From a virus: a stretch of 64,000 bases of DNA. The DNA lies in IMG/VR virus record IMGVR_UViG_3300025132_007932, positions 1 to 64,000 of that record; one strand, 5' to 3'. The notes beneath the pieces were generated by a model that was not told the DNA's origin, made no database searches, and saw only the letters and a program-made list of their open reading frames with translations. The translations under genes and the position numbers were made by a program. Positions 17,924 through 25,878 of the stretch are shown in pieces. How positions within the stretch are numbered: the stretch's first letter is position 1; every line of letters begins with the position of its first letter.

Positions 17924-18559
17924 ATGAAAAAACTGTTTTTTATGATCGGCGCAGTGCTAGCTATAACTATAATAGGTTGTGCACCGGCAAAATTAGAAAC
18001 AAATATAAAAGATAAAGATACAGGAAATGTTATAGAGCCACCGCCGGATCCGATCGGCGTTGTACCAGCAGATGACTGCCAGCAGATTGATATAGGTGAC
18101 AAAGCCTGCAATTTTATATTGAAAGATCAAAATGGAAATACCTGGCAGTTATACGATCATATTGGTGATGTTATTGTGCTCGACTTTTCCTCAGTCTGGT
18201 GTTATCCCTGCAAACTAGCTGCAGCAGAGACTCAAGCGCTCCAAAACGCATATGCAGACGAAGGAGTACAGGTTGTCACAGTTTTGATTGATGGCCCAGA
18301 TCCGGGAATAGAACCAACAGAATATGACGTACAGCAGTGGGCAGCTCTAGGTGGTATCACTACAGCTCCAGTACTACAGGGTAGTCGAGAAAAAATGCTG
18401 GATCCACAAGATGGTTCTGTTGCAGAGCCAGGAGTGACTGGCTATCTTTTGAATGCATATCCGACATATATCTATATCGGTAGAGATATGAAGTTTTATA
18501 CTGGACATGTTGGTTTTAGTGAAGAATATATAAAACAAAAAATTGAGGAAGGTTTATAA
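17924..18559 (+). CDS. TlpA/redoxin-like thioredoxin-fold lipoprotein
   Basis: Lipobox TIIG-C; NFILKDQNG; DFSSVWCYPC; cis-Pro YPT. Confidence 0.85.
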   Translation: MKKLFFMIGAVLAITIIGCAPAKLETNIKDKDTGNVIEPPPDPIGVVPADDCQQIDIGDKACNFILKDQNGNTWQLYDHIGDVIVLDFSSVWCYPCKLAAAETQALQNAYADEGVQVVTVLIDGPDPGIEPTEYDVQQWAALGGITTAPVLQGSREKMLDPQDGSVAEPGVTGYLLNAYPTYIYIGRDMKFYTGHVGFSEEYIKQKIEEGL

Positions 18560-18768
18560 TGTGGAAAATTTATAAATGGAATGGCCACTATATTCAAGGC
18601 GATTTTGTTAGTAAGCACACTAGTGAAGATGCTGCATTGAAAAAAGCAGCTAAAGAAATAGATTTCACTTTTGCAGAAAAGGTGAAAAGAGGAAAAGAAA
18701 CTTTAATTTGGCTAGATGGTACAGACCATACGCCAGTTGGGGTTATTGTTAAAAAATCTCGGGGGTGA
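18559..18768 (+). CDS. hypothetical protein
   Basis: TAATG coupling; stop overlaps the tmRNA 5' end. Confidence 0.55.
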   Translation: MWKIYKWNGHYIQGDFVSKHTSEDAALKKAAKEIDFTFAEKVKRGKETLIWLDGTDHTPVGVIVKKSRG

Positions 18769-19096
18769 TTTAGGCTTCGACGTGGTATTGAATGAGTCGA
18801 GTGCAAGCAGGTTAGACACGGCCTTAACAGTTCAAATAATTTAGTTGCAAATAACAACTTACACTTCGAACAGCGCTTAGCCGCTTAATAGGGAGGCCGA
18901 TTAGAGCCTTCTATCCAATCTAGTCAAAACAACAGACAAGTTGTAAAAATCAAAAAACTTATCGCAACAGGATGGTAAGCGATATTTTAAAACCATCTAT
19001 CTTTGTCAGTTTATGATATAGAAACTGAATAAGCTTGTGAATGACTTAACTTTGGATTTATTACGGACGCGGGTTCGACTCCCGCCGCCTCCACCA
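18761..19096 (+). ncRNA. ssrA: tmRNA, tag peptide ANNNLHFEQRLAA (18847-18888)
   Basis: 5' GGGGGTG pairs with 3' CGCCTCC-ACCA including G3:U70; GGTTCGACTCC T-arm; tag ORF ends LAA followed by TAA TAG. Confidence 0.95.
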
Positions 19097-19110
19097 TTTA
19101 AAGGAATAAT

Positions 19111-19311
19111 ATGTTTAGTTGGTTTAAAAGAAAAGAAGAAATAAAGCCCATAGATACAATACGAGATACCCAAGACGAAATAGAGGAGTCTTTATGGGAA
19201 ATCAAAGATGAATATGATTTAGCTACAGAAGAAATTGATATCATGGTAGAATCTAAAAGAAGAAATTTTCAGCATATGCATGAAATGATATTTAAGAAAA
19301 ATAAGGAATAA
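19111..19311 (+). CDS. hypothetical protein
   Basis: AAGGA SD; 66 aa. Confidence 0.55.
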   Translation: MFSWFKRKEEIKPIDTIRDTQDEIEESLWEIKDEYDLATEEIDIMVESKRRNFQHMHEMIFKKNKE

Positions 19312-19314
19312 AAT

Positions 19315-19569
19315 ATGAGTTGGTTATTAGATAAAATAAAAAGTATTTTTCACGCTGCTAGTTGTGGAACAGGTTGTAGTGTCCACGAACAAGACACAGA
19401 AGAGTCTGAACCTAATCGAGTATCGGAACCGTGTCCGACTGACGAAGAGCTGGCATCGATGAGAATGCCAGAGTTACGTGAATTAGCAGCATCCAGAGAT
19501 CTTGCTAATGGAGATTACAAGGGTATGGATAGAAGAAAAATAACAAAATTAATTAAAAAATCTTACTAA
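19315..19569 (+). CDS. protein with C-terminal Rho_N/HeH-like motif
   Basis: LASMRMPELRELAASRDL...MDRRKITKLI. Confidence 0.55.
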   Translation: MSWLLDKIKSIFHAASCGTGCSVHEQDTEESEPNRVSEPCPTDEELASMRMPELRELAASRDLANGDYKGMDRRKITKLIKKSY

Positions 19570-19592
19570 AATAAACTAGACAAGGAGAAAAT

Positions 19593-19823
19593 ATGAGTTG
19601 GATATCAGGAATGTTAAAGGAATTAAATGGCCTTAAACATAAGATTTTAGAAATAGATGAAGATAGCACAGAGTCAAACGAATCTTCGACAAAAGAGGAT
19701 ATTGATTTTCAATCTCTTAGGGTAGTAGATTTAAGGGCTCTTTGTTCAGAAAGAAACATAACTGGGACCTCAAAATTTAATAAAGCTCAGCTTATCGAAG
19801 TACTCCAGAAAAATAATTTATAA
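19593..19823 (+). CDS. protein with C-terminal Rho_N/SAP(HeH)-like motif
   Basis: FQSLRVVDLRALCSERNITGTSKFNKAQLIEVL. Confidence 0.7.
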   Translation: MSWISGMLKELNGLKHKILEIDEDSTESNESSTKEDIDFQSLRVVDLRALCSERNITGTSKFNKAQLIEVLQKNNL

Positions 19824-19896
19824 ATTTAATGTCTTTAATCATATAATATGGGTATGTAATAATAGGGACAAAAAAACAATTTTCTGGAGATTATGT

Positions 19897-20253
19897 ATGC
19901 TAAAAGCTATATTTTTTACACTGCTTTTCACTGGTTGTGCTAAATCAATTGGACCGGGCATACCAAACATGCATGATTTCTCAGGGTATCCTGGAGCTGC
20001 ATTTAATTCAACTAACAGTCCTTGTATAGATGGACTGATGGTTAATCTAGGCAAGAGTTGCGCCACGCTCGTTGAATTTCAGGGAGAGGGCGTCATTACA
20101 GCAGTACAATGCCACCAAGCAAAAAATAAAAAAAGCCCTTGGGATAAATTTACATTTTACATAGTAACTGACCACCACATAGGCAAGCCTCCCCAAACAA
20201 TAGAATTTTGTGCAGACCCCGTATCAGTCATTTATATGAGGGAGCGTTTATAG
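19897..20253 (+). CDS. Cys-containing lipoprotein
   Basis: Lipobox LFTG-C. Confidence 0.6.
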   Translation: MLKAIFFTLLFTGCAKSIGPGIPNMHDFSGYPGAAFNSTNSPCIDGLMVNLGKSCATLVEFQGEGVITAVQCHQAKNKKSPWDKFTFYIVTDHHIGKPPQTIEFCADPVSVIYMRERL

Positions 20254-20261
20254 TATAAGAA

Positions 20262-20726
20262 ATGGAAATAAAGGTGGCTTTTTTCAAGGGTGATGGCAAT
20301 TGGCACAACCATATTGTCAGGTGGTGGACTAAAAGTCCTTATAGTCATGCTGAATTAGTATTGCCGGACGGAAAAACCTGGATTAGTATAAGCCCATTTT
20401 TAACTTCGAAAGTTTCCAAAAGAAACAAACCCACATACGATAAAGCAAAGTGGGATCTTATAAACGTAAAGATAACATCCGAGCAGCTTGACACCATAAT
20501 GGAGTTCTATAAACAAACAGAAGGATGTGGATATGACTGGGCTGGTATGCTTCTTTCACAATTCCTGCCATTTAGCGTAAAAAGAAAGAGCTGTTGGTAT
20601 TGTAGCGAATGGATAGCATACGCTCTTAGGATAGCATGTGTTATTGATTGGAAAACCATTAAAATATATGATAGATGTGATTTATCGCCACAAGTACTTT
20701 ACAATATTGTGACTAAATCTAGCTAA
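20262..20726 (+). CDS. permuted papain-like amidase (YiiX/NlpC-P60 family)
   Basis: YSHAELV (His) precedes GYDW and WYCSE (Cys). Confidence 0.8.
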   Translation: MEIKVAFFKGDGNWHNHIVRWWTKSPYSHAELVLPDGKTWISISPFLTSKVSKRNKPTYDKAKWDLINVKITSEQLDTIMEFYKQTEGCGYDWAGMLLSQFLPFSVKRKSCWYCSEWIAYALRIACVIDWKTIKIYDRCDLSPQVLYNIVTKSS

Positions 20727-20768
20727 CAATACAATTTCTTCCTAAAACTATTTATATAATAGGAGGCT

Positions 20769-21023
20769 TTGTTTGGCGTGGATATAAGCGATATACTTCT
20801 TATAGCAATCGTATACTTTTTTGGTATGGCTAGCAGCTATGCCTATTGGGTGCGTAAAAAAAATAAAAAAATTAATTTGCAAATATCAAATAAAGATGTT
20901 ATGATAAAAAAAGTAATATCCGACAATGATATTAGAAAAAATGTCATCGACGAGCTATCAAGACAAAAGCTTGTTTTTTCTGAAAAAGAAAACCGTTGGA
21001 TAAGACTTAGACAAATTAATTAG
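20769..21023 (+). CDS. single-TM membrane protein
   Basis: AGGAGG SD; N-terminal hydrophobic helix. Confidence 0.55.
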   Translation: MFGVDISDILLIAIVYFFGMASSYAYWVRKKNKKINLQISNKDVMIKKVISDNDIRKNVIDELSRQKLVFSEKENRWIRLRQIN

Positions 21024-21031
21024 AGGAAAAG

Positions 21032-21124
21032 ATGAGCCGAAAAGAGCCACATCGTAAATTTAGAAGACGTAGGAAAATGGGTTCAAAAAGAAGAAAGAAC
21101 CGTAGGAATAACAGGAAGCGATAA
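21032..21124 (+). CDS. 30-aa highly basic peptide (not in ORF track)
   Basis: MSRKEPHRKFRRRRKMGSKRRKNRRNNRKR; GAGG SD; fills the intergenic gap. Confidence 0.6.
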   Translation: MSRKEPHRKFRRRRKMGSKRRKNRRNNRKR

Positions 21125-21129
21125 TATAA

Positions 21130-21642
21130 ATGGTAATACACAAAGATATGTATGATAAATCAGTTGAAGCTGGAAAAAGCCCGACAGTGATGGTTAGTGG
21201 AGGCTTTGACCCGGTACATGTTGGTCATATTAGAATGATCAGAGAAGCTGCAAAATATGGCGATGTAATTATAATTGCAAATTCTGATGAATGGTTATTT
21301 CGCAAAAAAGGATTTAATTTTATGGATTTTGAATCCCGTCGTGAAATATTAGATTCTATTAAAGGAGTAATTCTTGTAGATTCAGTTGATGATTCAGATG
21401 GAACTGTATGTGAGGCAATAAAAAGACATAAACCAACATATTTTGCCAATGGTGGAGACAGAGGTAAAAGCAATACCCCAGAACAAAATGTTTGCGAAAA
21501 TCTTGGTGTCGAATTGCTGTGGGGAGTAGGCGGCGAAGAAAAGGTAGCCGCATCTTCTGAATTAGTTGAAAGAGCAAAACAAAATTCATCAAAAGATGAA
21601 AAGCCGCCGGTCAGATATAGCGACAAAGAATCACAAAGATAG
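21130..21642 (+). CDS. HxGH cytidylyl/adenylyltransferase (TagD/RfaE-II/RibL-like)
   Basis: SGGFDPVHVGH; NSDEWL..KKG; ANGGDR; SS motif. Confidence 0.85.
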   Translation: MVIHKDMYDKSVEAGKSPTVMVSGGFDPVHVGHIRMIREAAKYGDVIIIANSDEWLFRKKGFNFMDFESRREILDSIKGVILVDSVDDSDGTVCEAIKRHKPTYFANGGDRGKSNTPEQNVCENLGVELLWGVGGEEKVAASSELVERAKQNSSKDEKPPVRYSDKESQR

Positions 21643-21673
21643 TATTACCGAGACAATTAGCATAGTTATGTTT

Positions 21674-22186
21674 ATGAAGGGAATAAAAGCATTGAAGCTA
21701 GATTCTTCTTTTCGTCCTATCGATGTTATTGATGCGGTCGAGGCGCTTGTTCTTTGTTTGGTAGGAAAGGCAAACGCAATCGAAAACCATCAAAAGGAAA
21801 TAAATTCCATTTCGGATAGTTTTAAACTGCCGGCAGTAATTGTATTGAAAAGATACATAAAATTTAGATTTACCACCGTTCCCTGCAATAGGGAAAATAT
21901 TCTTTGGCGAGATAAAAACCAGTGCCAATACTGTGCAAATTTTTTTAAAAGTGAAAAGCTAACTTTAGATCATGTGTTACCAAAATCTAGAGGGGGCAAA
22001 AACACTTGGACAAATCTGGTTGCATCTTGCAAAAAGTGCAATCAAAAAAAAGGAAATCGAACAAATGAAGAGTCTGGAATGCACCCGATTAGAAAGCCTA
22101 TTTGCCCTAAAGATAGTATTTTGAGAAGGTTAAAGAAAGAACAGATAAGTCCGATTTGGAAAAACTATTTATGGGATTTTAATTGA
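21674..22186 (+). CDS. HNH endonuclease (McrA-like)
   Basis: RDKNQCQYC...LTLDHVLPKSRGG...NLVASCKKCNQKKG. Confidence 0.9.
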   Translation: MKGIKALKLDSSFRPIDVIDAVEALVLCLVGKANAIENHQKEINSISDSFKLPAVIVLKRYIKFRFTTVPCNRENILWRDKNQCQYCANFFKSEKLTLDHVLPKSRGGKNTWTNLVASCKKCNQKKGNRTNEESGMHPIRKPICPKDSILRRLKKEQISPIWKNYLWDFN

Positions 22187-22187
22187 A

Positions 22188-22439
22188 ATGATAAGAAACA
22201 TATGGTATTATTTATTTAAGAAAAAGGAGCAACCAATGCCAAAACAAAAAGAAGATAACAACAACACAGAACTGGAAAAAACAATAAAGAATCATTCAGA
22301 AAAAATTTCCAGACTTAACCAGAGAATATCAGATATTAGTGATCAAATTGCATTGCTGAAAAGCGATTTGAATGGTTTTAAGAAAGGTGTTGCTAGAGAT
22401 ATGAGAAGTATTATTGACACTATAAATAACAAGGAGTAA
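22188..22439 (+). CDS. coiled-coil hypothetical protein
   Basis: Heptad pattern; true start may be the internal MPKQ after AAGGAG. Confidence 0.55.
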   Translation: MIRNIWYYLFKKKEQPMPKQKEDNNNTELEKTIKNHSEKISRLNQRISDISDQIALLKSDLNGFKKGVARDMRSIIDTINNKE

Positions 22440-22442
22440 TAG

Positions 22443-22784
22443 ATGCAATTTTATCCACAACATTATTACGGCTTTGCCGTTAACAACGATGTAGCTGAAA
22501 GACTACAATTAAATGAAGCTTTTAATGAATACGAAATGACTTATGACGAGATGCCGTTTTTTGAAAGCTTTGAGAGTAAATTTGGTGTAGAACCGTACAA
22601 GTTCGCAGATACGACATATGAAAAAGGCGGATATGTACAGGGCCTTAGTGGCTTTGATTGGGATAGAACATATGTTTGTTTCGATCCTTCACAGGCCTCC
22701 GGAACAAAGTGGGAAAAAATGATCAATGCGCTATCCAATGTGGATATTGATGTTGAAGAGGGCCACTGGTCTCAATTAGGTTAA
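22443..22784 (+). CDS. hypothetical protein
   Basis: AAGGAG SD; 113 aa. Confidence 0.6.
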   Translation: MQFYPQHYYGFAVNNDVAERLQLNEAFNEYEMTYDEMPFFESFESKFGVEPYKFADTTYEKGGYVQGLSGFDWDRTYVCFDPSQASGTKWEKMINALSNVDIDVEEGHWSQLG

Positions 22785-22825
22785 TATTAATAATGACCCT
22801 TCTATTTAATCTGGGAGGGTTCATT

Positions 22826-22888
22826 ATGGAAAATTGTGATAAATGCGGATGTTCGTGTCCTTGCGAATGCGAATGTTGCTGCAAATAA
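22826..22888 (+). CDS. 20-aa Cys-rich metallothionein-like peptide (not in ORF track)
   Basis: MENCDKCGCSCPCECECCCK, 9 Cys; GGAGG SD and CTATTTA upstream. Confidence 0.65.
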   Translation: MENCDKCGCSCPCECECCCK

Positions 22889-22897
22889 AAAGCGCTG

Positions 22898-22985
22898 TTC
22901 TGCTCGCATTATAAGCAGGACGTGGCTGCCGATCGTCACGTAGGCAGAGGTTGGTGACTTACCTAGTCCATGGCAGAAAAGTCGC
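22898..22985 (+). ncRNA. candidate structured RNA (hairpin plus possible pseudoknots) 5' of the tRNA
   Basis: Complementary pairs TTCTGCT/AGCAGGA, CGTGG/TCACG, CTGCC/GGCAG, AGGT/ACCT, GTGACTT/AAGTCGC in a GC-rich non-coding gap. Confidence 0.35.
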
Positions 22986-22989
22986 ATAT

Positions 22990-23066
22990 TGGGGTGAAGC
23001 GCCATAGGCAGGTGCACCGGGTTGTTACCCCGGCCGTTGTTGGTTCGAATCCAACTGCCCCAGCCA
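22990..23066 (+). tRNA. tRNA-Asn(GTT)
   Basis: Acceptor TGGGGTG/TGCCCCA, G73, encoded CCA; anticodon arm CCGGG-TTGTTAC-CCCGG; T-arm GTTGG-TTCGAAT-CCAAC. Confidence 0.9.
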
Positions 23067-23094
23067 TTTTTTATTTTAAGCCATAGTTACCTAT

Positions 23095-23244
23095 GTGGAA
23101 ACAGCGGCAGAATTAATAATATTAGCTATGAGTATGTTCTTGGCGGCCTTCTTTTGTTTGAAAGCGTTGGTTATACCTGATTCAGCCATAAAAGCTATAG
23201 ACAAAATTTATGAAGTCGAAGAAAAGATATACCAAGAACGATAG
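23095..23244 (+). CDS. small membrane protein (49 aa, not in ORF track)
   Basis: GTG 5 nt after ATAGTTA: METAAELIILAMSMFLAAFFCLKALVIPD... Confidence 0.45.
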   Translation: METAAELIILAMSMFLAAFFCLKALVIPDSAIKAIDKIYEVEEKIYQER

Positions 23245-23488
23245 AGTTTTGGTTAAATCATTTGCTGGTCCAAACGTTTCTGTTATTTTGAAAAAAAGAT
23301 ATATTGTAAGCGAATCGGTCCACAAACTTGGGGTCGATGGCTGGGAAGCTCAAATTATTTCTCAAAAAGAAATTGAAAAACTTCGCAAATGTGGTGTACC
23401 ATACAAAAAAGGAGAAAGACCAATGGTGTGGGTTTTTGATTGGGAAATAATCAAAAAAGTAAAGAGTTCAAAACGACCCAAGAACTAA
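23210..23488 (+). CDS. small SH3-like hypothetical protein
   Basis: YTKNDRVLVKS...WVFDWEII. Confidence 0.5.
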   Translation: MKSKKRYTKNDRVLVKSFAGPNVSVILKKRYIVSESVHKLGVDGWEAQIISQKEIEKLRKCGVPYKKGERPMVWVFDWEIIKKVKSSKRPKN

Positions 23489-23509
23489 TTAAAGGTACCA
23501 GAGTCAAAT

Positions 23510-24844
23510 ATGGCGACAAAGAAAAATTACGTTTTAGATACTAGTGTTTGCTTAACGGACGCAGAAGCAATTTACAAGTTTGAAAATCATGATATATTTA
23601 TACCTCTAAAAGTTTTAGAAGAGATAGACAATCATAAGAAGAGACAAGACTCAGTTGGAGTAAATGCTAGAAAAATAATCCGAAGTCTTGATGAGTTGAG
23701 AGAAAAAGGAACACTTCAGGGCGGCGTTAGATTAGGTAAAGGCAAGGGGATATTAACTGTAATGTCCTATGAGTGCCTTAAAAATTCAGTGTTCCCATCC
23801 GACTTGGATATGCGCATACCAGATCACGCAATCATAGCTACTGCTATGGCTGTTCGTGAATCAGAACCGAAAAGAAAAACAACCGTAGTTTCACGCGATA
23901 TTAATATGCGTGTAATATGTGATTCTTTGGGTTTAAAGTCAGAAGACTATGACAACGAAAAAGCCGTTGTATCATCTGATCAACTATATGCTGGATTTGT
24001 TGAACATCTGGTAGATGACCAAAAAATTGACTTATTCTATAATGGTCATGATGTGTATATCGATAACGATGAGGTCACCGATATTTGGCACCCAAATCAA
24101 TATGTAATGTTAGTTTCAAACGCAAACCAAAAGAAAACAGCAATTGCGAGGTTTGAGAGCCATTTCCAGCCGCTTAGAAAAATTTATCATGATAAGCTGC
24201 CTGATTGGAAAATAAATTCAAGGAACAAAGAGCAAGCCTTCGCAATTGATATGCTGATGGATCCAAACATTAAAATTATTACATTGGTTGGGCGTGCCGG
24301 CTCAGGAAAAACATTATGTGCAATTGCAGCAGGCCTTCAACAAACAATCGGCTTAAGAGAGAATCATTATTCTAGGATGATTGTATCTCGACCAGTAGAG
24401 CCAATGGGTAAAGATATTGGCTTTCTCCCCGGTACGATGGAAGAAAAAATGATGCCTTGGCTTATGCCTATCCAAGATAACCTAAAATTTCTTATGGGTA
24501 ACGATAAAAATGCGTTACAGATGTATATGGAAAAAGGAAAAATTGAGCTTGAAGCATTAACTTATATTCGTGGTCGCTCAATAGCAAATGCATTTATTAT
24601 CATTGACGAAGCTCAAAATTTGACAATGCACGAAGTTAAAACAATAATTACGAGAATAGGCGAAGGAACTAAAATTGTTCTAACTGGAGATATTGAGCAA
24701 ATAGATAATGCATATGTGAATGAAACATCAAACGGCCTCGCACACGCTGTGGAAAAATTTAAAGAATTTCCAATTGCTGGACATGTTACATTTACCAAGG
24801 GCGAAAGAAGCGACGTAGCTACATTAGCGTCAAAAGTATTATAG
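23510..24844 (+). CDS. phoH: PIN-domain PhoH-family ATPase (PhoH2/YlaK type)
   Basis: PIN VLDTSV...EEID...VSRDINMR; Walker A GRAGSGKT; IGFLPG; YIRGRS; IIDEAQN; GDIEQID. Confidence 0.95.
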   Translation: MATKKNYVLDTSVCLTDAEAIYKFENHDIFIPLKVLEEIDNHKKRQDSVGVNARKIIRSLDELREKGTLQGGVRLGKGKGILTVMSYECLKNSVFPSDLDMRIPDHAIIATAMAVRESEPKRKTTVVSRDINMRVICDSLGLKSEDYDNEKAVVSSDQLYAGFVEHLVDDQKIDLFYNGHDVYIDNDEVTDIWHPNQYVMLVSNANQKKTAIARFESHFQPLRKIYHDKLPDWKINSRNKEQAFAIDMLMDPNIKIITLVGRAGSGKTLCAIAAGLQQTIGLRENHYSRMIVSRPVEPMGKDIGFLPGTMEEKMMPWLMPIQDNLKFLMGNDKNALQMYMEKGKIELEALTYIRGRSIANAFIIIDEAQNLTMHEVKTIITRIGEGTKIVLTGDIEQIDNAYVNETSNGLAHAVEKFKEFPIAGHVTFTKGERSDVATLASKVL

Positions 24845-24849
24845 TTTAT

Positions 24850-24878
24850 TTGACACAGTAAATAATAAATGTTATAGT
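24850..24878 (+). promoter_or_regulatory. sigma70-type promoter
   Basis: TTGACA-N17-TATAGT with TG extension. Confidence 0.7.
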
Positions 24879-24898
24879 GTTATAACAAAGGAGACATT

Positions 24899-25201
24899 AT
24901 GAGTGATATCAATAAAGAAGAAACCAAGACTGAAGAAGATCTTCATACAAACCCAATGTTAGCAATGAGAGTAGAAAAGGATTCTGAGCTAAAGGACTAC
25001 CTGGTACAGTATGTTGGCACTAAGCTCGATAACGAGGAAGTCACGGTTAACATGATTGCAGAAGTATTGGCAAGTGATTTTCCAGAATTTACATTCGCAT
25101 TTGCAGAAGAAAACTTTTTACGTGGATATCAACTAGGATTGGACGATGCTGAAAGCTTATATAGAACAGACGCAGAAGAAACTGCAACAGAAACAAACTG
25201 A
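24899..25201 (+). CDS. hypothetical protein
   Basis: AAGGAG SD; 100 aa. Confidence 0.6.
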   Translation: MSDINKEETKTEEDLHTNPMLAMRVEKDSELKDYLVQYVGTKLDNEEVTVNMIAEVLASDFPEFTFAFAEENFLRGYQLGLDDAESLYRTDAEETATETN

Positions 25202-25841
25202 TTTTTATACCCCATACGGGCTACACGTATACTTCAAAGAACCTATGAATAGCCCAATAAATGTTGAGGCGGTAATAAATAGGGTAGAAGATATAGTACC
25301 CCAACATTTGAGAAGTGAAGTGGAGATGGTCATAATTGGATGGTTTGAAGAATTTGAAAAAAGGTCAATTAATGCTTTTTACAAAGACGGCGCCCTTTAC
25401 ATATCAAATGTTCAAGATGATGAAGAAGACATGTTTGATGATGTCGTTCACGAAATAGCACACTCTATAGAGTCTACTTATGGATATGAAATTTATGGAG
25501 ATCAGAAAATAAAAGATGAGTTCTTAAGAAAAAGAAAGCATCTGCACGATATACTTTGGTCCACCGGATTTAAGGCTCCTCTGTCAACGTTTATGGACTC
25601 AGAATATAACCAAGATTTTGATGATTTTTTGTATAAAACAGTTGGATACGATCAATTATCAGAACTTGTAAGAGGGTTGTTTATAAGTCCATACGCAGCC
25701 ACATCAGTTGAAGAATATTTTGCAACAGGATTTACAGAGTTTTACCTAGACTCTAATCACAACTTCTTAAATAAAGTAAGCCCACAATTGTATAATAAGC
25801 TTGCGATGCTACAAAAACCAGAAGAACTTGACAACGCATAA
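25146..25841 (+). CDS. zincin-like metallopeptidase domain protein
   Basis: VVHEIAHSIE...YAATSVEEYFATGF. Confidence 0.7.
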   Translation: MLKAYIEQTQKKLQQKQTDFYTPYGLHVYFKEPMNSPINVEAVINRVEDIVPQHLRSEVEMVIIGWFEEFEKRSINAFYKDGALYISNVQDDEEDMFDDVVHEIAHSIESTYGYEIYGDQKIKDEFLRKRKHLHDILWSTGFKAPLSTFMDSEYNQDFDDFLYKTVGYDQLSELVRGLFISPYAATSVEEYFATGFTEFYLDSNHNFLNKVSPQLYNKLAMLQKPEELDNA

Positions 25842-25856
25842 AATAGAGGTTATAAT
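25828..25856 (+). promoter_or_regulatory. consensus sigma70 promoter heading the nuclease-glycan operon
   Basis: TTGACA-N17-TATAAT. Confidence 0.8.
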
Positions 25857-25878
25857 ATAACTTAACTATGGAGAAGTT

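Noticed and set aside
22898-22985. Assignment to pistol, HDV/theta, twister or hammerhead ribozyme
   Set aside because: Could not map the conserved catalytic-core nucleotides by eye; kept only as an unclassified candidate
18761-23066. tmRNA/tRNA as prophage attachment sites
   Set aside because: No integrase or duplicated 3' ends seen, and phage-like genes continue on both sides
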